A stretch of DNA of 64,000 nt, from the NCBI GenBank assembly GCA_020184695.1, contig JAANOX010000059.1:1-64000 (forward strand). Direction: 5' to 3'. Position 1 is the stretch's first letter; each line of letters begins with the position of its first letter. Positions 23,779-35,230 of this stretch are shown here, one piece after another. The notes below the pieces were generated by a model that searched no databases, had not been told where the DNA came from, and worked only from the letters and a program-made list of their open reading frames with translations. The DNA is from Histomonas meleagridis 2922-C6/04-290x. Lineage: Eukaryota; Protista; Parabasalia. Both the position numbers and the translations under genes were made by a program.

Positions 23779-25173
23779 CTACAAAAGCAAACATTGGCAT
23801 CCAACTTCTTCGTTATTGACCTTGCCACTATTCTTCTTCTTCTTTCTCTTTTTCACGCTTTTCTCTTCGCGTTCTGTTGTTTTGTTTTCGTTTTCAACAC
23901 TTTTAACATTTTTCTCTTCGCTTACATCTTTCTTCTCTTCGACTTTTTCTTTCTCTTTTTCCTTTTCTTTCTCTTTCTCATCAGTTTCTTCCTTCACTGA
24001 CTCTTCTTCCTCCTCTTCTTCCTCCTCTTCGTTGTCTTCTTCGTTTTCCATTTCGATTCGTGCGCTAAATCTGAACGAAGAATTCGGAGTAAGGCGAATT
24101 TCAGCGTCGTTGTTGGTCGGGATTTCGGTGAAACTGACTTTGGAGCCAATTGGAACAAGTTGTGAGTTCGCTTCATCTTCAATGATTTCTTGATCTTTGT
24201 TCGCAGACTCGTTACCCGACGAATCAACTTCATTCGGCAACGGACCCATGTCTAACGAGATGCTGGACACTGTTTTGATGACATTCGGGGCGATATGTTC
24301 CCAATCTAAATGTTGATTCTCGCCGCCTAAATCTTGAATAGCGCGGTCCATAAGATTGTAGTACAGTTGGTAGTCAGGTGCATCAGCAAATCCGAGGTCC
24401 ATGGTCTTGAGATATATCTTCTGAAATTGTTTCGGAAGATTATGGAATAAAACTGGAACTTGAATGTTGTGCTTAAGCTCAATGGTTCGATCTCGATCTT
24501 TACTGCCGGGCCATGGAAGTCGATGATCAACTAATTCGACAACAGTATATAACCATGAAAAGATATCGTCTCGACGGCCTAAATCTCGCCCTTCATGGGC
24601 ATATATGGAGGCAAATGAACACGTCCCAACAAATCCGGGCTCGGGACGCTCTGGAAGTGGTTCTCCTGTAGTACGATTAATAAAACGCCGAGAGAGTCCA
24701 AAATCTATAAGACATATTGGATGTTCACGATTTGGTCTGATAAGGAAATTACCTGGTTTGATGTCACGATGAACATATCCTTGGGAATGAAAACATTCGA
24801 TACATTTAAGCATCTCTCTTGCCAGAAACGTAGCCGTAAATTTAGAGTACTTTTGGTTAGGAAGGATATGTCGAAGTGAAGATGTAGATGGGCCAAGTAA
24901 TTCCATGACAAAGTAATAAACTTCATTTGTTTCACCCGAGGTAATGTATTTTGGAAAATGTGAAGTTCCTTGTATACGTTTGAGGAAATGGATTTCTTCA
25001 GCAAGACCTCGTTTCTTAGCATTTTTCAATTCAACTTTCATTGCATAAGGTCCGCTTGAATTCTTATGGTAAACAATGTAAACCTCACCATAGCCACCGT
25101 GGCCTATATGCTTGGCGATGATATATTTGTTTATATGTGTATTACGGGGAAGAACTTTGTTTTCGTTCTCCAT
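23779..25173 (-). CDS. Casein kinase 1 family protein kinase with an acidic/basic tail and CaaX end
   Basis: IGHGGYGEVY, AMKVE, VMELLGPS, HRDIKPGNF, IDFGLS, FVGTCSFAS and LGRRDD motifs; C-terminus CQCLLL. Confidence 0.92.
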   Translation of the reverse strand: MENENKVLPRNTHINKYIIAKHIGHGGYGEVYIVYHKNSSGPYAMKVELKNAKKRGLAEEIHFLKRIQGTSHFPKYITSGETNEVYYFVMELLGPSTSSLRHILPNQKYSKFTATFLAREMLKCIECFHSQGYVHRDIKPGNFLIRPNREHPICLIDFGLSRRFINRTTGEPLPERPEPGFVGTCSFASIYAHEGRDLGRRDDIFSWLYTVVELVDHRLPWPGSKDRDRTIELKHNIQVPVLFHNLPKQFQKIYLKTMDLGFADAPDYQLYYNLMDRAIQDLGGENQHLDWEHIAPNVIKTVSSISLDMGPLPNEVDSSGNESANKDQEIIEDEANSQLVPIGSKVSFTEIPTNNDAEIRLTPNSSFRFSARIEMENEEDNEEEEEEEEEESVKEETDEKEKEKEKEKEKVEEKKDVSEEKNVKSVENENKTTEREEKSVKKRKKKKNSGKVNNEEVGCQCLLL

Positions 25174-25892
25174 TCCCCTTATTTGACGATCGGGCTGAAT
25201 TCAAACGAGACGTTGTTTTAACCATCTTTGAAATTTGAACGAAGATAAAACTCAAAAGTCTCAGAATTTTTTAGAGGTTTATATCAATATTTCAAAACTT
25301 TTACAAAAAGCTTTTTCAGGATTTACTCGGCTGTTCAATTCCAAAAAAAATTATCTCTTTTTATTGACATTTGTAGCAATAATTTAACATTGATCGTACA
25401 TCGCATAAACTTTAATATCTGTGGTGGATTTACTGTGAATTGATGGCCTCATTTACTTGAAAACATGTAATTCAAGTTTGTTCAGCGATTTTCATAAAAT
25501 TGAAGCCAATTTTTCTATGGTTTACATCGTAAATAATACGTTAAGATAAACATATTTGAAGTTACAAAATTTGAATAACAAATAAATTTTTTTATAGAGT
25601 GAACAAAAGGATAAAATGACTTTAGGATTAAAATATATTTTTAAGCGTATATCTAAATATTTTGTTTTAAATTAAGTTGTTATTATGATAAAATGTTAGA
25701 AGAATCACTATGATAAAGAAGACATATTTTCTTAAGAATTTCTCAGAAGACATTTGAAATTTTTATTATTATTTTAAGTTTTAATGAGTTAGTTTAAATA
25801 TGAATTTAATAATATTAAACTTGTGTCCGTTTTAAATAAGCACTACCTCATGAAATATTTATTGATAAAATAAATAAAATAACTTTCATATT

Positions 25893-26678
25893 TCATTGTG
25901 AAAAAAAAAATAATAATTTTGCATATGTAACCAAATTTGGAATTATGACATTTACTAATGAAGAACAGCATCGAAAAGCACCACTTCCAATAGTTGTAAC
26001 GTTATCTCCTATTGATATGGTTTCCAAATGAGAACAATTAGCAAATGAATAAGTCTCAATTGCTTTGACTGAATTACTAATTTCAACCTTAACTAAAACT
26101 GTCCAATTGTAGAAAGTAGTGAATCCAATTTCTTTAATTTCCCCTTCAATAATGAGATGTGATGTATTCTCTTTATACTTATTTATATCCTTGAATTCTT
26201 GGGAATTAGATATCATCAGTGTTTGCGTTGTTGAATTATATTCTTCATGTGAATGAATAAAAAAGAAAATAAATACTGAAAAATAGAGAATTTTTAAACT
26301 AAATTTTTTATTATAATTAATACTCTGAGAAATTAATTTTATCAAATTAGTTTTGGTTCTGTATAATAAAGAAACAATCATGAAGGCGACATCAAAAATT
26401 GTTTGAATAAATGATGAAGAAATGATACAAAAAAATATTTTAAGCAATATAAACTTGAGATTTTTTGTGTTATAGTAAAGTTTGTTGGAGCATTTGGAAA
26501 GTACAAATTGAATATTTTCAAATTTGCAACAAATGTTTTTTAAATTGAACATTGAACAAAGTAATCTGATTTCATATATACGACATATAATATATCTAGT
26601 AGGTGTTTTTCTAAGTGTATTAGATATCTTCGTCAATAACAAAAACATTTTTAAAAAACGAGAGATCCAATTTAACAA
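25893..26678 (-). CDS. BspA-like (TpLRR) leucine-rich repeat protein, short or truncated; start uncertain
   Basis: About three TpLRR repeats (AIETYSFANCSHLETISIGDNVTTIGSGAFRCCSSLVNVIIPN) after a hydrophobic segment; the frame ends abruptly. Confidence 0.6.
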   Translation of the reverse strand: MLNWISRFLKMFLLLTKISNTLRKTPTRYIICRIYEIRLLCSMFNLKNICCKFENIQFVLSKCSNKLYYNTKNLKFILLKIFFCIISSSFIQTIFDVAFMIVSLLYRTKTNLIKLISQSINYNKKFSLKILYFSVFIFFFIHSHEEYNSTTQTLMISNSQEFKDINKYKENTSHLIIEGEIKEIGFTTFYNWTVLVKVEISNSVKAIETYSFANCSHLETISIGDNVTTIGSGAFRCCSSLVNVIIPNLVTYAKLLFFFSQ

Positions 26679-27227
26679 AAGAGTTTTGACTTTGAGATGG
26701 TTTGCGATAGCTGCTCAGAATTTACACATAAACTGTTCATAATTTTTTAAGAATTTTCAAAGGGGTATGAGAACTAGTTTCAATGGTGAACAATTTTGAT
26801 CCAAATTTAACAAGTTTATATTTAAACGTTCTTTTGTTGAATAAATGGTAAATAATTTTTGCATTTATCGCATGGTTTGGCATAAGGCTCCTCTAAATCT
26901 TAGCTAAAATTTTCCATAAGTTCTTTTGCTATGGGTTATTGAACGAAGAATTGATATCTTTTTAAAGAACATTCAAAAGATTAATTTTTGTCATAGTCTA
27001 TGATAATTAAAACATCTCACTAAATCATATCCTAGGTGTTGATTCATGAATATTTTCTAAATTTTGATATATTGACTATGTTTCGAAACTTTCTTATTTT
27101 ACTATCAGTTTTCAATAAAGTTAAGAATAAGGTTTGTTTATTTACGAGAAAAGTGGCATTTTGAAAGAAATATGATGTGAAAATGCGGTTAATAAATTTC
27201 AAAAAACGTTCGCTGACTTCAACAATC

Positions 27228-28847
27228 ATGAATAAAAATTTTAATTATCAGATCCCTGATGATATTGATGAAAGACTTAAAAAAAGACTATCTGCGATGA
27301 GCCAAGAAGAGTTAGAAAATTGGTTGAAAAAAGACAAACCAAAAAATGCTAATCGGAGAGAAAAGAGAAGACAACAAAGATTAGAAAAACTCGCTATGGA
27401 ACAAAAGGTGCAAAAAGAAGCAAACGCAGCTGAAGAAAATAATCAGGTTTTACAAAAGAATGAAATAATTCAAAATAATCAATCTGAAGATCCACCAAAA
27501 GAAATCAAAATAAATGAAAACAATGAAGAACCAGAGATCAAGAAAGCTTCTCCTTGGTCTCAGCTAACATTTAATGAGCCTGTAAAACACGAAGAAACTA
27601 AAACAGATATTCCAGAAGAACAAAAAGTTGAAGCGCCAATTAAACCTCAACAACCTGTTTCTAGTGAAAGTCACAACACAACCAACAATAATAATAAATC
27701 AAATAATTATTATCGAAATAATAATTATAATAGAAATAACTACCAACGTCAATATAAACCTTACAATCGCAATTACAACCGTGGAAAGGGAAATTATCGA
27801 AATCAACAAAGAGAAGATTCCTATCGGAATCAAAGAACCAACAAGCAATCATTTGTTTGGAGGGCTCCACCACGTTTTGAATCCAATGATGATCGAGTTC
27901 GTTATTTCCGTGAAGGACCTATACCCATCTTAGAGCAAAAGATAATAATATCTAACAATTCAAAAAATCGCCTGCCATTATCACCCGATAGCCAGCAACT
28001 TATTGACTCTTTAAATGACCAACTTACACAGCTTGGCAAATTAGAACGCCCTGATAAAAAGGATTTGGATTCTCGCGTCAGCTTTTTCGAACAGGAGATA
28101 AGTAAACTTAACAAAGAAATAGAAACCGCTCAAAACACTATCAATAATTTGAATACTGATTATTCTAAACGTCGCCAAGAACGATCATCTTCCATTCAAA
28201 AAAGCAAGGAGCTATCGTTCTCAATTTCTCGCATCAGTAAGCTTATCAACGAGTCTTATAGAGAACTTGATGGTATAAACACCACAATTAGCACATTGAA
28301 AGCGCAGCATTTAGAATTTGAACGAAAATTCGGAGTTAAATCAGTATCATCACTTCATTCAAAAGTCGAAGAAATTGAATCTCAAATTCAATCGAATAAT
28401 TATAACCTTTCGGAGCTAAGGAAGAAACTTGGCTCGATAAACAAATATCAACGGAAAAGTGTAAATAAATATTCAGAAATGGGCGAAAACGAAGAAAAGC
28501 AATTTTTGCTATTAAACCAAAGAATGGACTTATACCAAAAGATTAAAGAGTTAAAAAGCGAAAAATCGGAGCTGATCGAAGAAAAAAATTTAATCGATGA
28601 AAATCTTGAAAATAACAAAACTGATTTTATTGAAGAAAAAGAAAAAATCAAAAATTTGGAAAACGAAATCAAAACCAAAAAATCGGATTTAGAAGAAAAG
28701 AAGAAGAAAATTGTCAAAATTTTGGAATATTTCTTTAAGACTTTGGATGTTTATGAGGAAAAACTTAAAGAAGTTAAAAGAATCGAAGAAGAAAAAGAAA
28801 AAATTTACGAAGCGGAACGAGAAAAAAGAAAAAGAAAAAATGTTTGA
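27228..28847 (+). CDS. Coiled-coil protein with an N/Y/R-rich segment, possibly BFR1-like
   Basis: Long ORF (likely ATG 27228). ERPDKKDLDSR...VKSVSSLHSKVEEIESQI...LRKKLGSINKYQRK resembles the Bfr1 pattern (by eye). Confidence 0.6.
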   Translation: MNKNFNYQIPDDIDERLKKRLSAMSQEELENWLKKDKPKNANRREKRRQQRLEKLAMEQKVQKEANAAEENNQVLQKNEIIQNNQSEDPPKEIKINENNEEPEIKKASPWSQLTFNEPVKHEETKTDIPEEQKVEAPIKPQQPVSSESHNTTNNNNKSNNYYRNNNYNRNNYQRQYKPYNRNYNRGKGNYRNQQREDSYRNQRTNKQSFVWRAPPRFESNDDRVRYFREGPIPILEQKIIISNNSKNRLPLSPDSQQLIDSLNDQLTQLGKLERPDKKDLDSRVSFFEQEISKLNKEIETAQNTINNLNTDYSKRRQERSSSIQKSKELSFSISRISKLINESYRELDGINTTISTLKAQHLEFERKFGVKSVSSLHSKVEEIESQIQSNNYNLSELRKKLGSINKYQRKSVNKYSEMGENEEKQFLLLNQRMDLYQKIKELKSEKSELIEEKNLIDENLENNKTDFIEEKEKIKNLENEIKTKKSDLEEKKKKIVKILEYFFKTLDVYEEKLKEVKRIEEEKEKIYEAEREKRKRKNV

Positions 28848-28929
28848 ATAAAATATTTTTTGTGAATAAACATTATAAATTATTTGTATTTAATATTTTA
28901 TGTTTGAAACACTTATTTTAATCACTGTC

Positions 28930-29420
28930 GAAAGTATTTTACTTTTTAATTTTTGCTTCATCATTTTGAATTACTTTTGCAATTTCATATGGATTATGCC
29001 CTTCTTTAATATATTGCTTATGAAGTTCCCAATCATCTTTTTCGAGAGTTATAATGTTTTCATAAAAATATCTGTAAATTGGATTAGGCAATCTTAAATT
29101 TACAATTTTATGGATTAACATATTCAAATTCAAACATTTGTTCAATGTAGTTTGGTTCTTGTGATTCATGGGATAAAAGATATTGTATAAATAAATTAAT
29201 TACTTCGTTGTGAATTTATTTTATAAATTTCCTTTTCTTTACTTTCAAGTTGTTTTAATTATTCAACATAATCAATAATTAATTAATCTTCATCAGCACT
29301 GACATGGAGTGGTTTTCTTAAATCTTTTGTTACCAGTAGAATTTCAAGATTATTGATATATGCTTTCATAAATGCTGTTTTAAATGTTTTGAGGTACCAA
29401 ATTAATTTGAATCAGTTTTT
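28930..29420 (-). pseudogene. Degenerate N-terminal fragment of a DUF3447/ankyrin gene
   Basis: DDWELHKQYIKEGHNPYEIAKVIQNDE matches the intact family members; stops and frameshifts lie upstream; truncated. Confidence 0.7.
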
Positions 29421-29547
29421 ATTCGAATGTTTTGCCTCTGGTATATATCAAGTATACCTGAATTAAAAACAACAAAATGTTGCAATTGAATCAAATTTTA
29501 AAATATCGTAACAAATACAAACTTCAAGCCAATATGCCAATGCGATC

Positions 29548-30254
29548 ATATTTTATTCATATTTTTAAAATGAATTTTATCATAGAATGAGAAATAAAAT
29601 TTATTTATTTTCATAATCCAATTCCAACGGTTTTCACCAATTTCACAGCATTTGTTAAAATATTGACTGCGTGGGAAATCATTTTTTGCCATTTTACAAA
29701 ATTTTAAAACTTGTGTTTGATAACTTTACATTAAACAAAAAGTTTTTTCAAAAAACCGCTGGTCGTTCATTTTTCCAGCTGAAACTCTTCTTCGAGAATG
29801 ACATTGGGAACGGTGCGAGATGTTCCCGTGCGTGAGTTCATTCAAGCTCTTGCATCTTTTTTAAAAGCATCCGGTCAATTTTCAAGTCCTTTTGATAAGG
29901 CAATTCTTTTACCAGAACAAAAAGAATTAATTCAAAGTTGGTGGTTTAAACAAGCAGCTACAATTGTTCATCAATTTTATCTTCATCCTAGTTTTGAAAG
30001 TTGTCTTCGCGTTGAAAAGTCAAGAAATAAAACTTCCACAGAAATAGAGAAAAGTCTTGCGCGGAATGCAAGATTTCAATGTATTCGTAAGTTTAAACAA
30101 ATTGGATGGCTGATTAAAGATCAATCAGGAATTCTTTTTGTTTCGAATAATGCCAAAGCAACTATGGATTCTATTGCAGCATCTCTTTTAGCTCAATCAG
30201 AACCTAGAGAACAAAATTAGATCATTAAAAGTTTGATATTGAAAAAAATCATTT
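29548..30254 (+). repeat. 707-bp duplication, copy 2
   Basis: Near-identical to 4559-5265. Confidence 0.95.
29798..30220 (+). CDS. Divergent ribosomal protein S19e-like protein, copy 2
   Basis: Identical to copy 1 except N to T in RNK(N/T)STE. Confidence 0.55.
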   Translation: MTLGTVRDVPVREFIQALASFLKASGQFSSPFDKAILLPEQKELIQSWWFKQAATIVHQFYLHPSFESCLRVEKSRNKTSTEIEKSLARNARFQCIRKFKQIGWLIKDQSGILFVSNNAKATMDSIAASLLAQSEPREQN

Positions 30255-30715
30255 TGGAATTATAAATTTGATACCCAAAATATTTTTACTATTTTTAATT
30301 CAGCAATAAATATCTTCTCAGTAAATACACTTGTGCACTTTTGATTCTGAGGATCTTTTTATGTAAATTAATAAATTTCTTACCTTTTTTTTAAATAAAC
30401 TTAAAAGTGTTTCGCGTGATTGAAATGAAATAAGACATATGGTTAGAAGGATAGCTATGTTGCATCTTTTTTATAAATAACAATTTTTATTTTAATTGAA
30501 TGTAAAAACACTATTTTTAACTCGAGACATAAGGTATTTTATGGATGTGATGCTTTTAGGGAAAAAAGTTTGATCAATTTAACAATTTCGACTGAAGTTA
30601 CGTAACGTCATATTTCCTAAACGTTCTCTCAAGGCGCCTTTTTCTTGCTTCTGGCCGAATAACGATTCAAAATGAGCGAGCAGTTCCCCGCGGGGAACCT
30701 AAAACATTTTTTCGT

Positions 30716-32081
30716 ATGCTGTATATTTATTTTCTAATTCTAGATGTTCAAATAATCAACCATCTCTTCGTGAGCGTCTAATTCAAGGATCAATTTCATT
30801 AGATGAAATTCTTCGAAATCCATTATTCCATAAGTTTATTGAAAAAAAAGATAAACTCTTTACGAAATAGTATTTTTGTTTTCTAACTTCAGCGCTGTCA
30901 TGAATGTTGATGAACTTCTTGATCTGATTCTTTTTGGTACAGATTATATTTTATCGTTAGAAGCTTTATCTTTATTTCATCTTAACAATGTGTCACTTCT
31001 TGAAGCTGCCTCCGATTCGAACTTTTTTTTGAAGAATTACCAGAGAATTTTGTCCAAGGACGAAGACGTGACTGATCGACAGCTATCGTTGTTTGCCGAA
31101 CTTTGCGAAACGGTTTTATTGGTGTACCCCGAATCTATCGGCGATGCGTTTTCATTCTTCAACAAGTTCATCAAATTCTCAGATAATTACGCAGTTAGCT
31201 TATTATTGAAGCGAGTGTTGGAGAACAATGAGGAGTTAGCTCCTATTCATCTTTATTTGGAGTCATCAAAATTTGTAGAAAAAATTGTTCAACTTATTAA
31301 TGAATATCATATAATTCAATCATCAGATGAAAAGCTTTCATGTTTATACAAATTATTAACTTTATGTTTACAAAACGATGTTTTAGCTAGTCAATGTATG
31401 AAACCTTCAGTGATTCATGTCGCATTTGATTTACGAGATTATGATATTCCACATGTGTTAAATTCACAATGGGAATTGATATCAGAGTTATGTCTCCCAA
31501 CAAACGTCAAAGATTTTATCGAATTGTTCGATAATGCAATTTGTGCTATTGATAATGCATGTGAAATATTTTACCCATTTCAAGAGCATGCGATTAACTT
31601 CATCGCAAAGCTCATAAGATATTTTCCAAAGTCATTACAAAACATTGACGTCGATCTTTTATTTAGAAATTTGAAAAACATTGTGATTGAATTCCCAAAT
31701 AACACTGTTTCGTTAAAGGCAGTCCAAAACGTTGTGATCATTGGCATTAGAAGTAACGAATTCCAAGAATCTTTTGTGGATTCATTTGTTCCATTTTATG
31801 CTGATTTATTGAAAACTACAAACAGTCGAATTTCACATGCATTTGCGTATAACATTCTTCAGAAGATCCGTGAGACGTGTGAATATGATCGATCGTTAAA
31901 TTCTTTATTACAAAATAATGAAGAATTCAACAATGTCATGAGAAACGAGGTCAGAATAATGAAAGAGCTCATAACCCGAGAATATGGCAAGGAAAGTGTC
32001 ATACGAAAATATGAACAGATCATTGAACCTATTTCATCTCCATTGGCACAAGAAGAGCATTTCGAATTCAATGACTTTTGA
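30716..32081 (+). CDS. SAPS/SIT4-associated (PP6 regulatory subunit)-like protein, three exons (30716-30720, 30744-30869, 30893-32081), 439 aa
   Basis: Removing two 23-nt GT-AG introns gives MLCSNNQPSLRERLIQGSISLDEILRNP...KLFTKYAVMNVDELLDLIL, total 1320 nt in frame. The N-terminus resembles SAPS proteins; the family call is tentative. Confidence 0.72.
30721..30743 (+). other. 23-nt spliceosomal intron (5 nt after the ATG)
   Basis: GTATATTTATTTTCTAATTCTAG; supplies the only in-frame ATG for exon 2. Confidence 0.72.
30870..30892 (+). other. 23-nt spliceosomal intron
   Basis: GTATTTTTGTTTTCTAACTTCAG; removal eliminates a TAG and joins two open frames (AAA TA|C GCT). Confidence 0.88.
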
Positions 32082-32191
32082 TCGTACGGATGTCCGCTTT
32101 TTGTATTAAAAATTTTTGTTGTAAAGAATATCATTCAAAAATTTATTTGAGTATTTTTTTAACGTTCTCAGATTTTTTTTTTAAAAAGGAA

Positions 32192-34615
32192 ATGGTTGAC
32201 TTTGCAAAGATTAAGTCGTATATAATCCCTCAAAAGCTCACGGCAAAACTGACTGTTAAATTCTCTATTTTTAAGTTTATTGCTGCTTATATTGTTGGTG
32301 TTCTAGTTTTTATTTTTTATGTTAGGATAGCTTCTGGAAGATTGGTAAAAATGTACCCTGACACTGACTTCGATACAAAAAACACATACGAATTTTGGAG
32401 AGATATGGTAAAAACTCATAGACATGTTTTTACTAATGAATATTGGAACTTCTTAAATCGTCTTTATGATAAGCTGATTGCAATTCCAAAGAATAATTCA
32501 AATATTGATGTTAGTATTACTAAAGAAGTTACCGATATTTCAAAATATGATTCAATTGGTATTTCAATGAAAAACGTAACGAATATTCTGGTTAAATTAA
32601 TTCCTAAAAATGACAATAAAAACAACAAGCCATTACTTGTATGTGCCCATTTTGATGGTCATGCTTTAGAATCAGGAGGTACTGCATATGATGATGCAAT
32701 TCATGTAGCTACCATGGAAGGATGTGTTGAAGCTTTATTACGACATCAAAATAATCTTAATTCTCCTGTTTATTTCTTATTTGATGGCAGTGAAGAATTT
32801 GGTCTTGAAGGAGCTCGTAATTTTGTCAAACTTCATCCAAATGAAACATATAATTATCTTAACCTTGAGTCAATGGGTAGTTCTTCACCATTAGCATTAG
32901 TTACCAAAGGGCCGAGTTCATATTCAACACAAAGAACATATCAAAAAGTGCGCGGCACGATAAGTGCCACTTTTTTCAATGATTTATTTAATGCCGGAGT
33001 TACAACTTCAAACAGTGATTGTTCTGTATTTGATAAAGCCGGATATACTGGTGCCATGGCTGTATTTTTAGGACATGGTACACATTATCATACGAAATAT
33101 GATAGTATAACAAATAGTTTAGATCTTGAAATGGCCGGAAATCAACTTTTAGATTTCATTTTAAAGTATAAACCGATGAACGAAAAGAATGTAGCAAGTT
33201 ATGGTATAGCACCACTCACTATAATTATGCCTAACATCGCACTCTATGTTCTTGTTCCAATCTTTTTTGTCATTTCTTTGGCTTTGATTATTTACATTGA
33301 AAAAGATCGCATCAAGTCCTTTTTCAAAGATTTAGGCAAAAGTGCCATAATTTTGATGAGCATTTTGGTAATTTATGTTGTAACTGCTTGTATGGTTTAT
33401 GCATGTTCATCTAATGCTTATGCAAGTAGTGAATTACTTTATACGATTTTAATTTTGTTTTATGGTTTGTCATTATTTTTAATTGGACAATATTTATTTG
33501 AAGTTGAAGAATGGTCTTCAATTCGTTTAATTTATGATTGCGTAATAATGTTAGCAACAATTATGCTTGATACGACATTAGTATTTTTCTTTATAACAAT
33601 TGAACAAATTATATTTTTCATTTGGAGATATGAAATTTTGCGTTGGACGATATACGTAATTCAATTGTTTACAACATCGTTACTATTTTCAATGCTTTAC
33701 TTGACCGCTATACAATTTACGTCAAGACAAAAAGGTATTGTTGGAGATTTATTTGTTTTTGTCATCTATTTTATCCATTCGACATTTATTGGTTTTTCAT
33801 CCTTAAACTTAGCAGTTCTTCAAGAAGCTAAAAAAGACGATACTTTTTCAACCACAACAGATCTAAGTTTATTAGAAACTCCATATAACATCAACAGTAG
33901 TAATACCAACCAAGAAGAGAAGTCGAAGTTTATGATATTTGTTAAGAAATATTTAACTCCGATAATCATTTGTATATTCATCTTATTCTTTTTCTTATTA
34001 AGTCCATATCCATATTCGAAAGACTATTGTTTACGCGGCGGATTTATCAATTATATTTATTCCGATAATACTTCTGAACATTTCTTTAAACCAGCTACAC
34101 CTAAAGACACGGTAATAAATTACTTAAAACTTTTTACTAAAAACACAAACGTCGAATATTATGAAACGAAAGAAATTCCATTACAAACGAATGGTCCGAT
34201 TTTCTATTTAAATGACAATGATAACATATATAACTATGATAAGCCTAATAAAGATAATTATAAAATAACACGAATTAATAATAATAAAGTCGTTTTCGAT
34301 ATAAATGTTCCAAATGATTTCATTGGAATATATATAAATATAATTTGTAATGGTTGCGTAAATAAAACTTCGGATTTGGTAAACTGTAATAAATATAATA
34401 ACCCAAAGTTCATGTTAAAGGGTTACAATAATAAAATAAATTATGAAATGGATATAAGCGGAAGTGGACACAAAGTGTACATCGCGTTTTTGTCGATAAA
34501 ATGGACTGAAAACCATTTGAAGTTTAGACAGCTGTTCGGCGATGCGGTGGTAAATGAACAAAGTTCGAGAAGTATACACGACACTGTGTTTCTGTTTGAT
34601 GATGTAATTCCATGA
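32192..34615 (+). CDS. M28-family membrane metallopeptidase (ERMP1-like)
   Basis: AHFD, AYDDA, DGSEEFGLEGA, NLESMG, NSD and YHTKYD zinc-ligand motifs, an N-terminal anchor and a multi-TM region. Likely ATG 32192. Confidence 0.88.
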   Translation: MVDFAKIKSYIIPQKLTAKLTVKFSIFKFIAAYIVGVLVFIFYVRIASGRLVKMYPDTDFDTKNTYEFWRDMVKTHRHVFTNEYWNFLNRLYDKLIAIPKNNSNIDVSITKEVTDISKYDSIGISMKNVTNILVKLIPKNDNKNNKPLLVCAHFDGHALESGGTAYDDAIHVATMEGCVEALLRHQNNLNSPVYFLFDGSEEFGLEGARNFVKLHPNETYNYLNLESMGSSSPLALVTKGPSSYSTQRTYQKVRGTISATFFNDLFNAGVTTSNSDCSVFDKAGYTGAMAVFLGHGTHYHTKYDSITNSLDLEMAGNQLLDFILKYKPMNEKNVASYGIAPLTIIMPNIALYVLVPIFFVISLALIIYIEKDRIKSFFKDLGKSAIILMSILVIYVVTACMVYACSSNAYASSELLYTILILFYGLSLFLIGQYLFEVEEWSSIRLIYDCVIMLATIMLDTTLVFFFITIEQIIFFIWRYEILRWTIYVIQLFTTSLLFSMLYLTAIQFTSRQKGIVGDLFVFVIYFIHSTFIGFSSLNLAVLQEAKKDDTFSTTTDLSLLETPYNINSSNTNQEEKSKFMIFVKKYLTPIIICIFILFFFLLSPYPYSKDYCLRGGFINYIYSDNTSEHFFKPATPKDTVINYLKLFTKNTNVEYYETKEIPLQTNGPIFYLNDNDNIYNYDKPNKDNYKITRINNNKVVFDINVPNDFIGIYINIICNGCVNKTSDLVNCNKYNNPKFMLKGYNNKINYEMDISGSGHKVYIAFLSIKWTENHLKFRQLFGDAVVNEQSSRSIHDTVFLFDDVIP

Positions 34616-34699
34616 AAATTAATAAAAATTTTATATGTTTTAATAAAAGTTATTGTAAATAAATTGTCAAATAAAATTATTATATAATGTTTTTATTTG

Positions 34700-34880
34700 G
34701 AGATGCCAATTCAAGTGCTGTTAGAAATAATTTAATCATATCCCAAATATAAATGAATTTGAATTAAATAATCAGATATTTTTAATATTAGCGTCAATAC
34801 TTTCTTTTTCTAGAAGTGATTTAACTATTTCTGTGTGTCCATTTTTCGATGCAACGATAAATGCTGTGTAATATATTATA
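34700..34880 (-). pseudogene. Isolated remnant of the interrupted ankyrin repeat
   Basis: Minus strand reads TAFIVASKNGHTEIVKSLLEK followed by a decayed spacer and a second TAL start. Confidence 0.65.
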
Positions 34881-35230
34881 AAAAAATTCTAAATGGTATA
34901 ATTAAATATATAATTATTTTCATGAAAATTAAAAGGTAGAAAAAAAATATTAATCTTCATTATGAAATTTAGCTTTTTATGGGTTCCCTCTTTAGACAAA
35001 GAAGTAGTTGTGTATTGTTTTAAAATATAAATTTTATTGAATAAAAATCAAATATTCTCAATCGTTTGTTCTAATTTTTTGTTAATATAGCTACATACAA
35101 ATATAACGAAAGAGTTTTATATGTATAAATATTTCAAATTCTTTGTTGTAATCATCGTTAATCATATTAAAAACTTATTTGTAACTTTATGAATGTATTC
35201 TGGATCTTATTTATTCTTGAGTAAAAAGTG

